From assembly GCA_016207825.1 (NCBI GenBank), contig JACQZI010000005.1:108949-172948 (forward strand): a DNA stretch of 64,000 nt. Reading direction: 5' to 3'. Shown one piece after another: positions 25,966-35,208 of this stretch (positions within the stretch are counted from its first letter, which is position 1; each line of letters starts with the position of its first letter). The DNA is from Planctomycetota bacterium. Its GTDB lineage: Bacteria > Planctomycetota > MHYJ01 > JACQXL01 > JACQZI01. The notes under the pieces were generated by a model that was not told the DNA's origin, ran no database searches, and worked only from the letters and a program-made list of their open reading frames with translations. Position numbers and translations under genes: made by a program.

Positions 25966-26700
25966 TCAGGAAGTCAGCTTTTGCTCAATGATAGCGCCCA
26001 GATAATCAAACCCGAACATCTTATTGCAGAAATCGGATACACCCAGCTTGGTCAGTTTATCTTTTGTTTCTGCACTTAGATAGCCGCTTACGACTATAAC
26101 AGGCAAATTAGGTTTAAATTCCTTCGCCGTTTTGATCATCTCCTCATATTCTGTATCGGGTATTTCGGTTTCTATTATTAGAATGCTTGCCGGATTGGTT
26201 TTCAGGTGATCCAGAATATCTTTAGCACTCGCAAAACTGATTGCTTCCCGGTTCTTTTGGCTCAGGTATCCGACCAGGTTTTTTCCGAATTCCGGCCGAC
26301 TGGATATTACCAACACCCGCGGTTTTAAGACGTTAAACAAACTCATGGCGGCTTGTCTGTCTTTCGCAATGGTAAAATACTGGGTTATCCCAAGCTTGGC
26401 AAACATCTTCATTACTTCGGGCATGGGATTAATCAATATAATATTGCCGTTCTTTTCCCTGATTAACCGAAGCTTGCTCAAGAAAACCCCTACCCCAGCG
26501 CTGCTTATCCGGTCTATCCGGGATAAATCCACGATGAATTTATAAATATGCTGGTTTATCAGCGGGTCAAAAACCCTTTCAAGCTGCATATAAGAAAAAT
26601 TATCCAGAACCCCGGAAAGCAGAATGGTGGTAACGCCTTCCTGTTCCTGGCGGATATTGACTTCTAATAACTCAGGAGACGGTTTGTTTAATTCTTCCAT
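25966..26700 (-). CDS. STAS-domain protein fused to a degenerate receiver (pseudo-receiver) domain
   Basis: The N-terminal half is anti-sigma-antagonist-like (FIVDLSRIDRISSAGVGVFLSKL...). The C-terminal half has receiver topology (RVLVISS..., ILIIETEIPD, PVIVVSGY, DFCNKMF), but the acidic pair and the phospho-Asp position are replaced. Confidence 0.65.
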   Translation of the reverse strand: MEELNKPSPELLEVNIRQEQEGVTTILLSGVLDNFSYMQLERVFDPLINQHIYKFIVDLSRIDRISSAGVGVFLSKLRLIREKNGNIILINPMPEVMKMFAKLGITQYFTIAKDRQAAMSLFNVLKPRVLVISSRPEFGKNLVGYLSQKNREAISFASAKDILDHLKTNPASILIIETEIPDTEYEEMIKTAKEFKPNLPVIVVSGYLSAETKDKLTKLGVSDFCNKMFGFDYLGAIIEQKLTS

Positions 26701-26720
26701 GGACCAAAGCCTTTATAGGC

Positions 26721-26749
26721 ATACTACCCGATTTTTATGACATTGTCAA
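26721..26749 (-). promoter_or_regulatory. sigma-70-like promoter of the STAS gene
   Basis: On the minus strand: TTGACA (26744-26749), 17 bp, TAGTAT (26721-26726). Confidence 0.45.
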
Positions 26750-26874
26750 TATTTTATTTGGTCCTAAACAAATATTTTAGTTTTCAATTGTATAAAATAA
26801 AAGCACCGTCCCTTATGAGAACCAAATTAATCCCTGGTTTTATGCTTCTATACGACGGCCTAATCAGGGTGCGA

Positions 26875-27273
26875 TTACGAAGCGGTTATTATACTCAATG
26901 CTTTGTCGTTATTTTTGGTAGATAAAACCAGAACCGCCATATCACTCCAGGCCGTGGCGTAGCAATAATTAATCTCAATTCCCACATCGCCTATCTTCTT
27001 GGCTATCGGCGCCAGTGTTCCGGGTTTGTTACCGATATTTACCAGCAGCACATCTGTTTCGGTCACTCCGTATCCTAACTTTTTTAAGGCATCGCCGGCT
27101 TTGGCGTTATTCGAAGTGAGCATACGAAAATAGCCCTTGTCTTTTTCTCCCCAGGCAGATAAAGTAATAAAATTTGCCCCGGCGGCGGATACGGCTCCGG
27201 TTACTTTTCCTAAAGCGCCCACCTCGTTAGGCGTGGTTACCAAGAGTTCCTTTCCTTTTGTTACGTGCGGCAT
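26875..27273 (-). CDS. ACT-domain protein (two ACT-like halves)
   Basis: 132 aa. LLVTTPNEVGALGKVTGAVSAAGANF and LLVNIGNKPGTLAPIAKKIGDVGIEI are typical ACT beta-alpha starts. SD GGAGGGG. Confidence 0.65.
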   Translation of the reverse strand: MPHVTKGKELLVTTPNEVGALGKVTGAVSAAGANFITLSAWGEKDKGYFRMLTSNNAKAGDALKKLGYGVTETDVLLVNIGNKPGTLAPIAKKIGDVGIEINYCYATAWSDMAVLVLSTKNNDKALSIITAS

Positions 27274-27330
27274 TGTTTGTCCCCTCCTATAATATTAGAA
27301 CGTTGATTTTATCAATAATCGGCTATACTG

Positions 27331-27359
27331 ATTTTACTCTTGTGCGCTAAAATAGTCAA
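27331..27359 (-). promoter_or_regulatory. sigma-70-like promoter of the ACT gene
   Basis: On the minus strand: TTGACT (27354-27359), 17 bp, TAAAAT (27331-27336). Confidence 0.4.
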
Positions 27360-27412
27360 TGTTTTAATGGGGTGCCGGGACTCAGGTTTAGGCTAAGGAG
27401 AAGGTGAATGGA

Positions 27413-28522
27413 CTACCTGCGATTAATGCGGCTGCGGACTAAAATATCATTACCGATAAGCCTGACTTCCGGGTCTGCCAGCGTGAAAGCGTTTTTCAGG
27501 ATATCTAATCCTTCCCCTGCAACCGGCGTCTTGGCGTCCCGCCCTCCGATAATCTTGGGTGCGATAAAAACCATCACCTCATCAACCAAATCCGCCTCAA
27601 AAGCGCTTGCCAGAACCTCACCTCCGCCTTCTATCAACACTTTGTTTATCCCAAGCTCGGTCAGCTTGCGCGCCAGTTTCAGGAAATTGATCTTACCGCT
27701 CACTTCTTCTATCTCAAAAATCTTAACGCCCAACTCAAAGAGTTGTTTAACCTTTTCCTGGGGCGCGTTCGGGGAAATGACCACATGGGTTTCCGCCTGT
27801 TTCAGGGTCTTGACTATCTCGCTGTCCGGCGGCAGCCGCGCGAAACTGTCCAGGATAATGCGCCGCGGATTGTTCTTGGCGCCTTCCCTTCCCAAAAGCT
27901 TCGGGTTATCCTTAAGAATCGTGCCGATTCCCACCATTATCGCGCCCATCTTTTCCCTGAACTCGTGGGAAAACGAGCGGGATTCTTCCGAAGAAATCCA
28001 TTTGGAATCGCCGCTCCGGGTGGCGGTTTTGCCGTCCACGGTCATCGCCCATTTGGCGATAAAATACGGCAGGCCTTCGGTATGGAGCTTGAAGAACGGC
28101 GCATTTAATAGGCGCGCCTTGCGTTCGCCGATGCCTTCCACCACGTCAATGCCGGCATTGCGTAATATCGTCACGCCTTTGCCCGCGGTGACAGGATTCG
28201 GGTCGCGCACGGAAAAGACCACCTTGCCTATCTTGGCTTTTATAATGGCATCCACGCATGGAGGCGTCTTGCCGAAATGTGCGCATGGCTCGATATTAAT
28301 ATATAATGTCGCACCTTCAACAGACTCTTTGGTGTTATTGAAAGCGTTGATTTCCGCGTGAGGGCCGCCGAAATGTTCATGCCAGCCTTCGCTTATCACC
28401 TTGTCATCCCGGACGATGACCGCACCAACCATCGGGTTGGGCTCAACCATGCCCTCGCCCCTGGCGGCCAGTTCCATCGCCCTGTTAATGTATTTTTGAT
28501 GCAGTTCTAAATCTTCCGGCAT
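27413..28522 (-). CDS. ribD: bifunctional riboflavin biosynthesis deaminase/reductase RibD
   Basis: Deaminase zinc motifs HAEINA and PCAHFGKTPPC. C-terminal RibD reductase domain (WAMTVDGK...). Confidence 0.9.
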   Translation of the reverse strand: MPEDLELHQKYINRAMELAARGEGMVEPNPMVGAVIVRDDKVISEGWHEHFGGPHAEINAFNNTKESVEGATLYINIEPCAHFGKTPPCVDAIIKAKIGKVVFSVRDPNPVTAGKGVTILRNAGIDVVEGIGERKARLLNAPFFKLHTEGLPYFIAKWAMTVDGKTATRSGDSKWISSEESRSFSHEFREKMGAIMVGIGTILKDNPKLLGREGAKNNPRRIILDSFARLPPDSEIVKTLKQAETHVVISPNAPQEKVKQLFELGVKIFEIEEVSGKINFLKLARKLTELGINKVLIEGGGEVLASAFEADLVDEVMVFIAPKIIGGRDAKTPVAGEGLDILKNAFTLADPEVRLIGNDILVRSRINRR

Positions 28523-28531
28523 AATTATTCT

Positions 28532-29542
28532 TTACGAATGAATAAACTCAGCCGCTCCCTTGATTTTAGCGACATCGCCCAGAGCGACTACTATATTGCC
28601 TTCTTTCAGAATTGTATCCGCCGGCGGGTTATACACTATCTCGTCGGTATCCGGTCTCATAACCGCCAGTATCAGCAATCCGAATTTATCACGAAAAGGT
28701 GTTTCCGCCAGTTTCTTGCCGATTATGGACGCATTCTTCCTGACGATGATTTCCTCAATCCTGAATGTCCGCTCGGTCTGCCTGAGCATTGTATCCAGGA
28801 ATTTAACCGCATAAGGCCTGACCATTTCAGAAGCCATCCTCAATCCGCCGATTGCCGAAGGCGCCACCACGGAATCCGCCCCCACTTTCTTAAGCTTATT
28901 GATGGCTTTATCCTCCACACCCAAAGCTACCACCCGTACTTTGCTGTTATATTGCTTGGTCATAACCGTGACATAAAGATTATCCTTATCCGAAGGCAGC
29001 ACCGTGACAACCCCCAGGGCCCGTTCTACTCCGGCCGCCAAGAGCGATTCGTCATCCGTGGCATCACCTTTAATGTAAAGAAGATTCGGGATAGCCGCCG
29101 CCAGCTTTTCCAGCGCCTCCTGGTCAACATCAATCACCACAAATGGATGGAGTGTCTTTGCCAGTTCCTGGATAACATGCCTCCCGTTCTCCCCTGCCCC
29201 GCAGATAATGTAATGGTCTGATAACTTGCTGATGTCTTTATTCATTTTACGTCTCCTTAATGAACCTGTTAATTCTATTTCCAAAATTGACGCTGCCAAG
29301 AGCGATGTGATAACGGCAATCGTCACGAGCGAAAGAACGATGAATACGATGGTAAAAACCCTGCCACCCGGGCTGTGGGAAAGGTCTATTATTTCTCCGT
29401 ATCCGACCGTGCCGGCGGTGATTACCGTCATGTATAAAGAATCCAGAAAGTTTCCGCTAATATACCAATAACCAATCGTCCCGACAGCCAGGACAACCAG
29501 TAATAAGCTTATACCGAGAATAATTCTGTTACGTATATTCAT
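28532..29542 (-). CDS. potassium channel with RCK (TrkA-N/TrkA-C) domains
   Basis: 2-TM pore with selectivity filter TVGYGE. Rossmann motif IICGAGENG. C-terminal TrkA-C-like region. Confidence 0.85.
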   Translation of the reverse strand: MNIRNRIILGISLLLVVLAVGTIGYWYISGNFLDSLYMTVITAGTVGYGEIIDLSHSPGGRVFTIVFIVLSLVTIAVITSLLAASILEIELTGSLRRRKMNKDISKLSDHYIICGAGENGRHVIQELAKTLHPFVVIDVDQEALEKLAAAIPNLLYIKGDATDDESLLAAGVERALGVVTVLPSDKDNLYVTVMTKQYNSKVRVVALGVEDKAINKLKKVGADSVVAPSAIGGLRMASEMVRPYAVKFLDTMLRQTERTFRIEEIIVRKNASIIGKKLAETPFRDKFGLLILAVMRPDTDEIVYNPPADTILKEGNIVVALGDVAKIKGAAEFIHS

Positions 29543-29622
29543 TGTTTATTGCCTATTTTGCAGGACGCTAGCATGGCAAATTATGCAATAAAACCGCCTC
29601 AAAGTAAAGGAAAAAAGTCTTG

Positions 29623-30915
29623 TCAGGTCAACTCACCGCGCAGGCTTAAGGCGGTGGATGAGGTTATTTTAATCTTAACCAGTTGTCCCGTTAAATCATC
29701 AGTAGAATTGAATATCACGATATGATTCTGCATTGTGCGCCCAGTCTGGGTCATTACATTGGTTTTGCTCCTGCCTTCAGCCAGTATTTCCACCTCTTTT
29801 CCGACCAAAAGCCTGTTTTTCTCCTCAGATATCTTGCCCTGTATATCCAAAAGTATCTTGTTCCTTTCCTGTTTTACCTTATAAGGCACATCATCGGCCA
29901 TTTTATCCGCCGCGGTTCCGGGTCGGGAAGAATACTTAAAGACAAAGCTGTTAAGGAATCCCACTTCCCTGATAAGGCTTGCCGTATCCTCAAAATCCGC
30001 TTCGGTCTCTCCCGGAAAACCGACGATAAAATCGCTGGCGATTTCTATTCCTGGCACGATTCCCCTCGCCTTTTCCGCGAGCTTTAGGTAATCGCCCCTT
30101 GTATACTTCCGGTTCATCGCCTTAAGTATTTTATCCGAGCCGGATTGCGCCGGCATATGTAGATGCGGGCAGACCTTGGGCAAATCCTTTATCGCCTTAA
30201 AAATATCTTCGGTCGTATAAGCCGGGTGCGAAGTGACAAAGCGGATTCGTTTAATTCTAACCATCTCATGGACCGCCTTAAGGAGATGCGAAAGCTTACT
30301 ACCACGGTCGGCATAGGAGCTGATGCACTGTCCAAGCAGGATAATCTCCTTGGCGCCTTTCTCGGAAAGCATTTTCGCTTCATTGACTATTTCCCCCAAC
30401 GGGCGGCTGGTCTCTTTTCCACGGACATAAGGCACCACGCAATAACTGCAGAAATTATTGCATCCCTTCATCGCCAGGACGTATGCCGAAAGGCTGCCAA
30501 GCGTACGGATTGGGCTTTTGCCGGCTGATTCGCCGTCCCCGGTTTTAATAATCCTGCTCCTGGTTTGGATTATTTCATCTATCGTATCGGAAATAGCCTC
30601 TTCCTGATTCGGCCCGCAGACGATATCGAGAAACGGTATTTTATCCAAGGCGTTTGCCTTTTCCTTTTCCGCCATGCAACCGACCAATCCGATAATGAGG
30701 CGCGGATTCTTATCCTTAAGCGGCTTAAGCATGCGCAGATTATCATACACCTTGTCTTCCGCGTGCTTCCTGACACTGCAGGTATTGAAAAGAATGACGT
30801 CGGCGTCTTTCTCGGTATCGGTTTGCTTATGCCCTTTGGACAGGAATTGCTCCAGCATAAGCTCCGAATCCAGCTTATTCATCTGGCAGCCAAAAGTCCT
30901 TATATAGATGTTCAT
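29623..30915 (-). CDS. miaB: tRNA-i6A37 methylthiotransferase MiaB (radical SAM)
   Basis: N-terminal UPF0004 (TFGCQMNKLDSE), radical-SAM CNNFCSYC and a C-terminal TRAM-like domain. Confidence 0.9.
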   Translation of the reverse strand: MNIYIRTFGCQMNKLDSELMLEQFLSKGHKQTDTEKDADVILFNTCSVRKHAEDKVYDNLRMLKPLKDKNPRLIIGLVGCMAEKEKANALDKIPFLDIVCGPNQEEAISDTIDEIIQTRSRIIKTGDGESAGKSPIRTLGSLSAYVLAMKGCNNFCSYCVVPYVRGKETSRPLGEIVNEAKMLSEKGAKEIILLGQCISSYADRGSKLSHLLKAVHEMVRIKRIRFVTSHPAYTTEDIFKAIKDLPKVCPHLHMPAQSGSDKILKAMNRKYTRGDYLKLAEKARGIVPGIEIASDFIVGFPGETEADFEDTASLIREVGFLNSFVFKYSSRPGTAADKMADDVPYKVKQERNKILLDIQGKISEEKNRLLVGKEVEILAEGRSKTNVMTQTGRTMQNHIVIFNSTDDLTGQLVKIKITSSTALSLRGELT

Positions 30916-30922
30916 GCATTAA

Positions 30923-30981
30923 AACAACAGGATTAAACGGATTTTACGGATTATCAGTGTAATCTGTTAAATCCCGTTGTT
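30923..30981. repeat. imperfect palindrome built from tandem GGATTWWAC words
   Basis: AACAACAGGATTAAAC GGATTTTAC GGATTATC (30923-30956) faces GTGTAATCTGTTAAATCCCGTTGTT (30957-30981). Related AACAACRGGATTAAAC words are at 58967-58982 and, in reverse, at 12248-12266. Confidence 0.5.
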
Positions 30982-32215
30982 ATTTTCTTTTCGGACGGAT
31001 GAGTGAAAGAATCGCGTTGCGCCGGTTATGGGAAAGCATTATCATCAGTATTGACAGCGCGATGTAAAATCCCCCGTAAAAGAGCCGCGCCTTTATTTCA
31101 AGGGCCTTCAAATCCGCTTCCGGCATATTCGGGAATATCGAAGGGAAAAGCAACGGAATAACCAGCTGGGTGGAAAAGAGTATTAAAAGCGCGAACGCCT
31201 CCAGCATGGAAAAACGGAAATTGGAAAGTATGAATATGGCGAAGAGCGATTGGCCCGCGGTCAGGAATATCTCTTCAATCTGCTGTTTATCCAGCTCCAT
31301 ACCCCAGATTGAGCCGCCGGCTAAAGTATAGGCTATCGGCAGAGAGGCAATAAGAAGCGTCCACTGGTTGACCTTGGAAGAAATAAGCGTCCCGAGCGAT
31401 GCCCCGGCCATGGCGCGTGTGGCGAATATTATCGCCACGATAAACTCGGGCGATTCCGAAGCCAGCGGCGCCAGCCACTGGACCAGGATAAACTCATCCA
31501 CCCCCCAGGTCTTTCCGCTGGCGATAAGCCCTTCGGCAAACGGTTCGGCGGAAATATAAATCGTGAATCCGGAAATGGCAAAGAACGCCAGCGTCACTAT
31601 ACATCTATACAGCCTTGAGCCCTTGCTGAAAAGCTCGACCGGCCCTTCCAGCTCAGGCTCGACATGGTGCGCCTTGCTTGCCGCGATGATGTAAAATATA
31701 AAGATTGCCAGGAGCACGACCGAATCGATTAACTGGATGCTCCCTTTTATCGGGATGAAAAAGGAATAGAAAGTCGCCGCCAGAAGCGCGAAGAGTTCTA
31801 TCCGGTGTCCCGGCTCAAGATCGATATGCTTTTTCTTAGTGGCAAACCAGTAGGCAAAGAGCACCACCGGCCAGCCCAAGCCTATTAAGAGCCTGTTCGC
31901 CCCGGTCATATTGGCGGTGGCGTAATGGATGTATTTCGGGTCGGTTCCGGCTGACCAGGCAAAATATAAATCCACCGCGTATTCAGGGAGCACCGCGATA
32001 AGCGCCAGGAACGCCAAGGCCAAGGTTTGTGGTATTTCCATCTGGGCAAGCTCCGCCGCCCAGGAAAGCATAAACGCCGCGCCGAAGATTGCCAAGCCCG
32101 GAACCAGCGCCTCCCAACCGGGACCCAAGTGAATCCCGAGCGCCTTTAAAACGGTCTGCTGTCCGATTAATCCCAAGGACACAACCAGCCACAAAATATG
32201 CTTAAAGCGTTCCAT
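30980..32215 (-). CDS. Ca2+/cation antiporter (CaCA/NCX-like) family membrane protein
   Basis: 411-aa polytopic protein with two alpha-repeat-like motifs (AVLPEYAVDL and ASESPEFIVAI). Confidence 0.6.
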   Translation of the reverse strand: MERFKHILWLVVSLGLIGQQTVLKALGIHLGPGWEALVPGLAIFGAAFMLSWAAELAQMEIPQTLALAFLALIAVLPEYAVDLYFAWSAGTDPKYIHYATANMTGANRLLIGLGWPVVLFAYWFATKKKHIDLEPGHRIELFALLAATFYSFFIPIKGSIQLIDSVVLLAIFIFYIIAASKAHHVEPELEGPVELFSKGSRLYRCIVTLAFFAISGFTIYISAEPFAEGLIASGKTWGVDEFILVQWLAPLASESPEFIVAIIFATRAMAGASLGTLISSKVNQWTLLIASLPIAYTLAGGSIWGMELDKQQIEEIFLTAGQSLFAIFILSNFRFSMLEAFALLILFSTQLVIPLLFPSIFPNMPEADLKALEIKARLFYGGFYIALSILMIMLSHNRRNAILSLIRPKRK

Positions 32216-32342
32216 AAAGCCTAACTTTATATCAATTCGCTTTTATTTAGTCAAGTAATCCAGAACCACCATTTTCACCGCTAAGGCGCAAAGTACGCAG
32301 AAAGCATCACGGCTTAAAACCAATTGAAATAACAAAAAGACC

Positions 32343-32370
32343 TTGCAAATCGTTTTAGCTATTGTATAAT
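32343..32370 (+). promoter_or_regulatory. sigma-70-like promoter (extended -10)
   Basis: TTGCAA (32343-32348), 16 bp ending in TG, TATAAT (32365-32370). About 50 nt upstream of ATG 32421. Confidence 0.45.
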
Positions 32371-32420
32371 ATGCGCTTTAAGCCATTCAAATAACAAGTT
32401 TATTAAAAGGAGCGTATGGA

Positions 32421-33629
32421 ATGAAAAAGGCTTTTATCTCATGTTTATTCTTACTTCTATTAATTGGTTGCCTGGATATGGATGAACAGGTTGCCTATTT
32501 CTTTTATGACAAGCCAAAGGATGAACTGCATTTGCTTCTTTGTTACAAAGGAATTTATAGCGACAATGATATTTCCGACTCGGGAACACAGATGTCCGGC
32601 TTCTTCAAACCTGACTGGGAAATCGCCTTTGGCGGCTGGTTAGGGCATGTAACAAAAAAAGGAATCCAGGACAATATAGACGATGAAAATTCACCGGAAG
32701 TCGTCAAAAAGTTTGCCGCGTTCTTGCTTAAGAATATAACGGTTACCACCGGAAAGTGTTTCCTGGATGAAGATAAACGACTGAGTTGTTACCAAACCAT
32801 CACCGTAACAAACGCCTCAAAAATCATCGGATTGTTTAACGAAATAACATCTCAAATTATCATAGAACAAACTTATGACGCTAAAAAGCTTTTTAGCGCG
32901 TTGGACAAAAAGAGTATTGATTTGTTTACTGCCGCCGCAAAGGAAAAGCATCAGTGGTTACAATTAGAGGGGCAATCCATCAGGTTTTCATTCCCGATTA
33001 GCGACGAGACTTTTATGAAAGCAAAAGCCGAACTGCTTGAGAAATTAAAGAGTTGCCCGGCAAAAGATTATAAGACAATCACTGCTCTCTTTGCGCTAAA
33101 TGATATTTCTTTTACCAGGGACGGCAACTTTATAACTCTTATCCTGGGCAATAAGGACGTCAATAAAGCCATTCCATTATTGCTAAAGCCTAAACAGGGA
33201 GATTACAAGGATAACATGGTCGAATTTGCCAGAAAAGAATTCGGGATAAACCAGGAAACCACCGAAGAATCAATCGCTGACCAATTCATATCCGGCCTGG
33301 TTGACTCTGAAACGGTAAAGAAAATAGAAGAGTTCATCCGGAAATTAGGGTACGATGATTTTGAGACCAGAGAAAATGCCACTTTAATGTTAATCAAAAT
33401 GGACAGTTTGGCATTATCATGGATAAGAAAAGCATCAAAAAGCGAAGACCCTGAAGTGCGCCTGAGAGCCAAGAAGATATTAGAAGCAATCGCAATTTCC
33501 CCGGAAGAAAAAGAGGAAATAGAAGATAATATTATGACTATCGAATTACCTCCCCCAGAAGAAGATATTGATACGGACCTTCCAAAAGATGTAATAGAAG
33601 ATGACGACCAACCGGAAGGCGATGATTAA
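32421..33629 (+). CDS. hypothetical lipoprotein with C-terminal HEAT-like repeat and acidic tail
   Basis: Lipobox LLLLIGC. HEAT-like FETRENATLMLIKMD...SEDPEVRLRAKKILEAI. The last ~45 aa are very acidic. Confidence 0.6.
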   Translation: MKKAFISCLFLLLLIGCLDMDEQVAYFFYDKPKDELHLLLCYKGIYSDNDISDSGTQMSGFFKPDWEIAFGGWLGHVTKKGIQDNIDDENSPEVVKKFAAFLLKNITVTTGKCFLDEDKRLSCYQTITVTNASKIIGLFNEITSQIIIEQTYDAKKLFSALDKKSIDLFTAAAKEKHQWLQLEGQSIRFSFPISDETFMKAKAELLEKLKSCPAKDYKTITALFALNDISFTRDGNFITLILGNKDVNKAIPLLLKPKQGDYKDNMVEFARKEFGINQETTEESIADQFISGLVDSETVKKIEEFIRKLGYDDFETRENATLMLIKMDSLALSWIRKASKSEDPEVRLRAKKILEAIAISPEEKEEIEDNIMTIELPPPEEDIDTDLPKDVIEDDDQPEGDD

Positions 33630-33656
33630 CAGAAAATTGATTGCTCTGTCATATCC

Positions 33657-34817
33657 CTAATGCTCTATCACTATCTTCACTATCTCGCACCTGGAAAAGA
33701 GCCGCATCGGCGGTCCCCAAAAACCTGTTCCGGAAGTGGTGTATAGGTGAGAGGAATTTACAGTATAGAATCCACATGGATACTTGAAGTTTAACTGCAC
33801 CAGGATATCCACCGGAGGAATCTGTCCGGCGTGGGTATGTCCCGAAAGCTGGAGATTCACTCCGTTCTTAATCGCTTCATCGAATATATCCGGCTGGTGT
33901 GATAGCAGAATAACGAGCTTGCCTTTGCCTATCACATTCGGTGTCTTAAGCGCGGATGCCAAATCGCAACCGCTTTCTCCGAAACTCTTTCCGGTATTGT
34001 CATCCACCCCGACCAGTTGGATGAAATCATTCAGCTTTACATTATTATTCCGTAAGACGGTGATTCCGGACTCCTTGGCGGCATTCATAAAGGTATCAAT
34101 CCCGGCATAGAAATCGTGGTTGCCTGTAACGGCAAAGACGCCGTATTTCGCGCGTAAACGCCTTAATACGGAGCAGAAATCGGTTCCCCCGCCCGAAGGC
34201 GAGGCTCGCCCTAATGGCGGCTTACATATATCTGAGTCTACCAGGTCGCCGGTAATCACGATTAAATCCGGATTCTGGCGGTTGGTCTCCTCCACTATCC
34301 CTTCCAGCCACGCCTTCGAGCGCAGTTTATGAAGATGCAAATCCGAAAGTTGGACGATGGTAAACGACGGCACGGATTTAGGTAATCTCAATTCGTCTAC
34401 CTTTATATGTATAGTCTTCAGTCTTGGGAAACGGGCGACGTTATAGATGGAATAACTGCCGGTAAGAACCAAGAGAATCAGCGCAGAGATGGTCAGCCAA
34501 TATCTTTGGAGAGGTGAATGCAGGAAAAGCCTGCCGATATCCGCGAGCACCAGAAACGTAAACGCCATGACGACCAACCCGACCCAGATGCTTCCCGCGC
34601 CAAGAACCGCTTTGGCAAGAAAGAAATCCGTCCGACGGCTCAAGACTTCTCCTAAGATAAATAACAGGGTAAAGGCAAGCATGGAAATCTGAAGCGCCCG
34701 GCGGAAGTTACCCGAAAACGTTAACCCGTTTGCCACGCGGGAGTAGGCGAAATAATTCATCCCGAAGAAGATACTTAAGACGATAAGAAGGAACATAACA
34801 AAATATACTCTGGACAT
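33657..34817 (-). CDS. membrane-anchored metallophosphoesterase (calcineurin-like)
   Basis: Motifs QLSDLH, GDLVD, GNHDF and SGHTHAGQ after about four N-terminal TM helices. Start uncertain: ATG at 34815-34817 versus TTG at 34847. Confidence 0.8.
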   Translation of the reverse strand: MSRVYFVMFLLIVLSIFFGMNYFAYSRVANGLTFSGNFRRALQISMLAFTLLFILGEVLSRRTDFFLAKAVLGAGSIWVGLVVMAFTFLVLADIGRLFLHSPLQRYWLTISALILLVLTGSYSIYNVARFPRLKTIHIKVDELRLPKSVPSFTIVQLSDLHLHKLRSKAWLEGIVEETNRQNPDLIVITGDLVDSDICKPPLGRASPSGGGTDFCSVLRRLRAKYGVFAVTGNHDFYAGIDTFMNAAKESGITVLRNNNVKLNDFIQLVGVDDNTGKSFGESGCDLASALKTPNVIGKGKLVILLSHQPDIFDEAIKNGVNLQLSGHTHAGQIPPVDILVQLNFKYPCGFYTVNSSHLYTTSGTGFWGPPMRLFSRCEIVKIVIEH

Positions 34818-34966
34818 ATTTAACAGGAATGATTTTAGAAAAAGCAACCAAGCCGGTCAAACAAATAACAACCACGCAGGCAAAACAGTATTTATAAGGA
34901 GACCGGGAAGGCAGGAGTGTTTTCCGGAAAATGGCATTGGCTCCCCTATACTGTAACGCCCCATAC

Positions 34967-35208
34967 CCTAATAGTATATCCCTGTCATCCTAATACCATT
35001 CCCTATATACCCTAATACCATATCCTATAGTCCCCAATACCATATCCTATAGCCCCTGATAGCATATCCTATAGCCCCTAATGATATACCCTATAGTCTC
35101 TAACAACATACCCTATAGTCCCTAATGGCATATCCTATAGTCCCTAATGGCATACGCTATATATCCTAATACTATTCCCTATAGTTCCTAATACCATACG
35201 CTATATAT
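34967..35208. repeat. array of 11 head-to-tail 22-bp units (consensus CCTAATACCATATCCTATAGTC)
   Basis: Units start at 34967 plus multiples of 22 with no phase slip. Each copy carries several substitutions. A degenerate unit lies upstream (34944-34966). A G-rich inverted copy is at 35250-35276. No ORF spans the array. Confidence 0.9.

Noticed and set aside
27408-28361. 317-aa plus-strand ORF.
   Set aside because: It is entirely antisense to ribD, which has clear deaminase and reductase motifs. Its translation is S/P/L/R-rich, typical of shadow ORFs. The same reasoning applies to 16399..17175 (anti-map), 48736..49305 (anti-EndoQ), 54241..54894 (anti-meaB), 55736..56338 (anti-acd/promoter), 57587..58294 (anti-oxidoreductase), 10392..11417 (anti-pit) and 28538..29221 (anti-K+ channel).
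28523-28531. Looked for an FMN riboswitch upstream of ribD.
   Set aside because: Only 9 nt separate ribD from the upstream K+ channel gene, so there is no room for a riboswitch. ribD appears co-transcribed.
34967-35208. Considered whether the 22-bp arrays (also 60849-61112) are CRISPR arrays.
   Set aside because: The units abut one another with no unique spacers, the repeat length is short, the copies are degenerate, and no cas genes are in the window.
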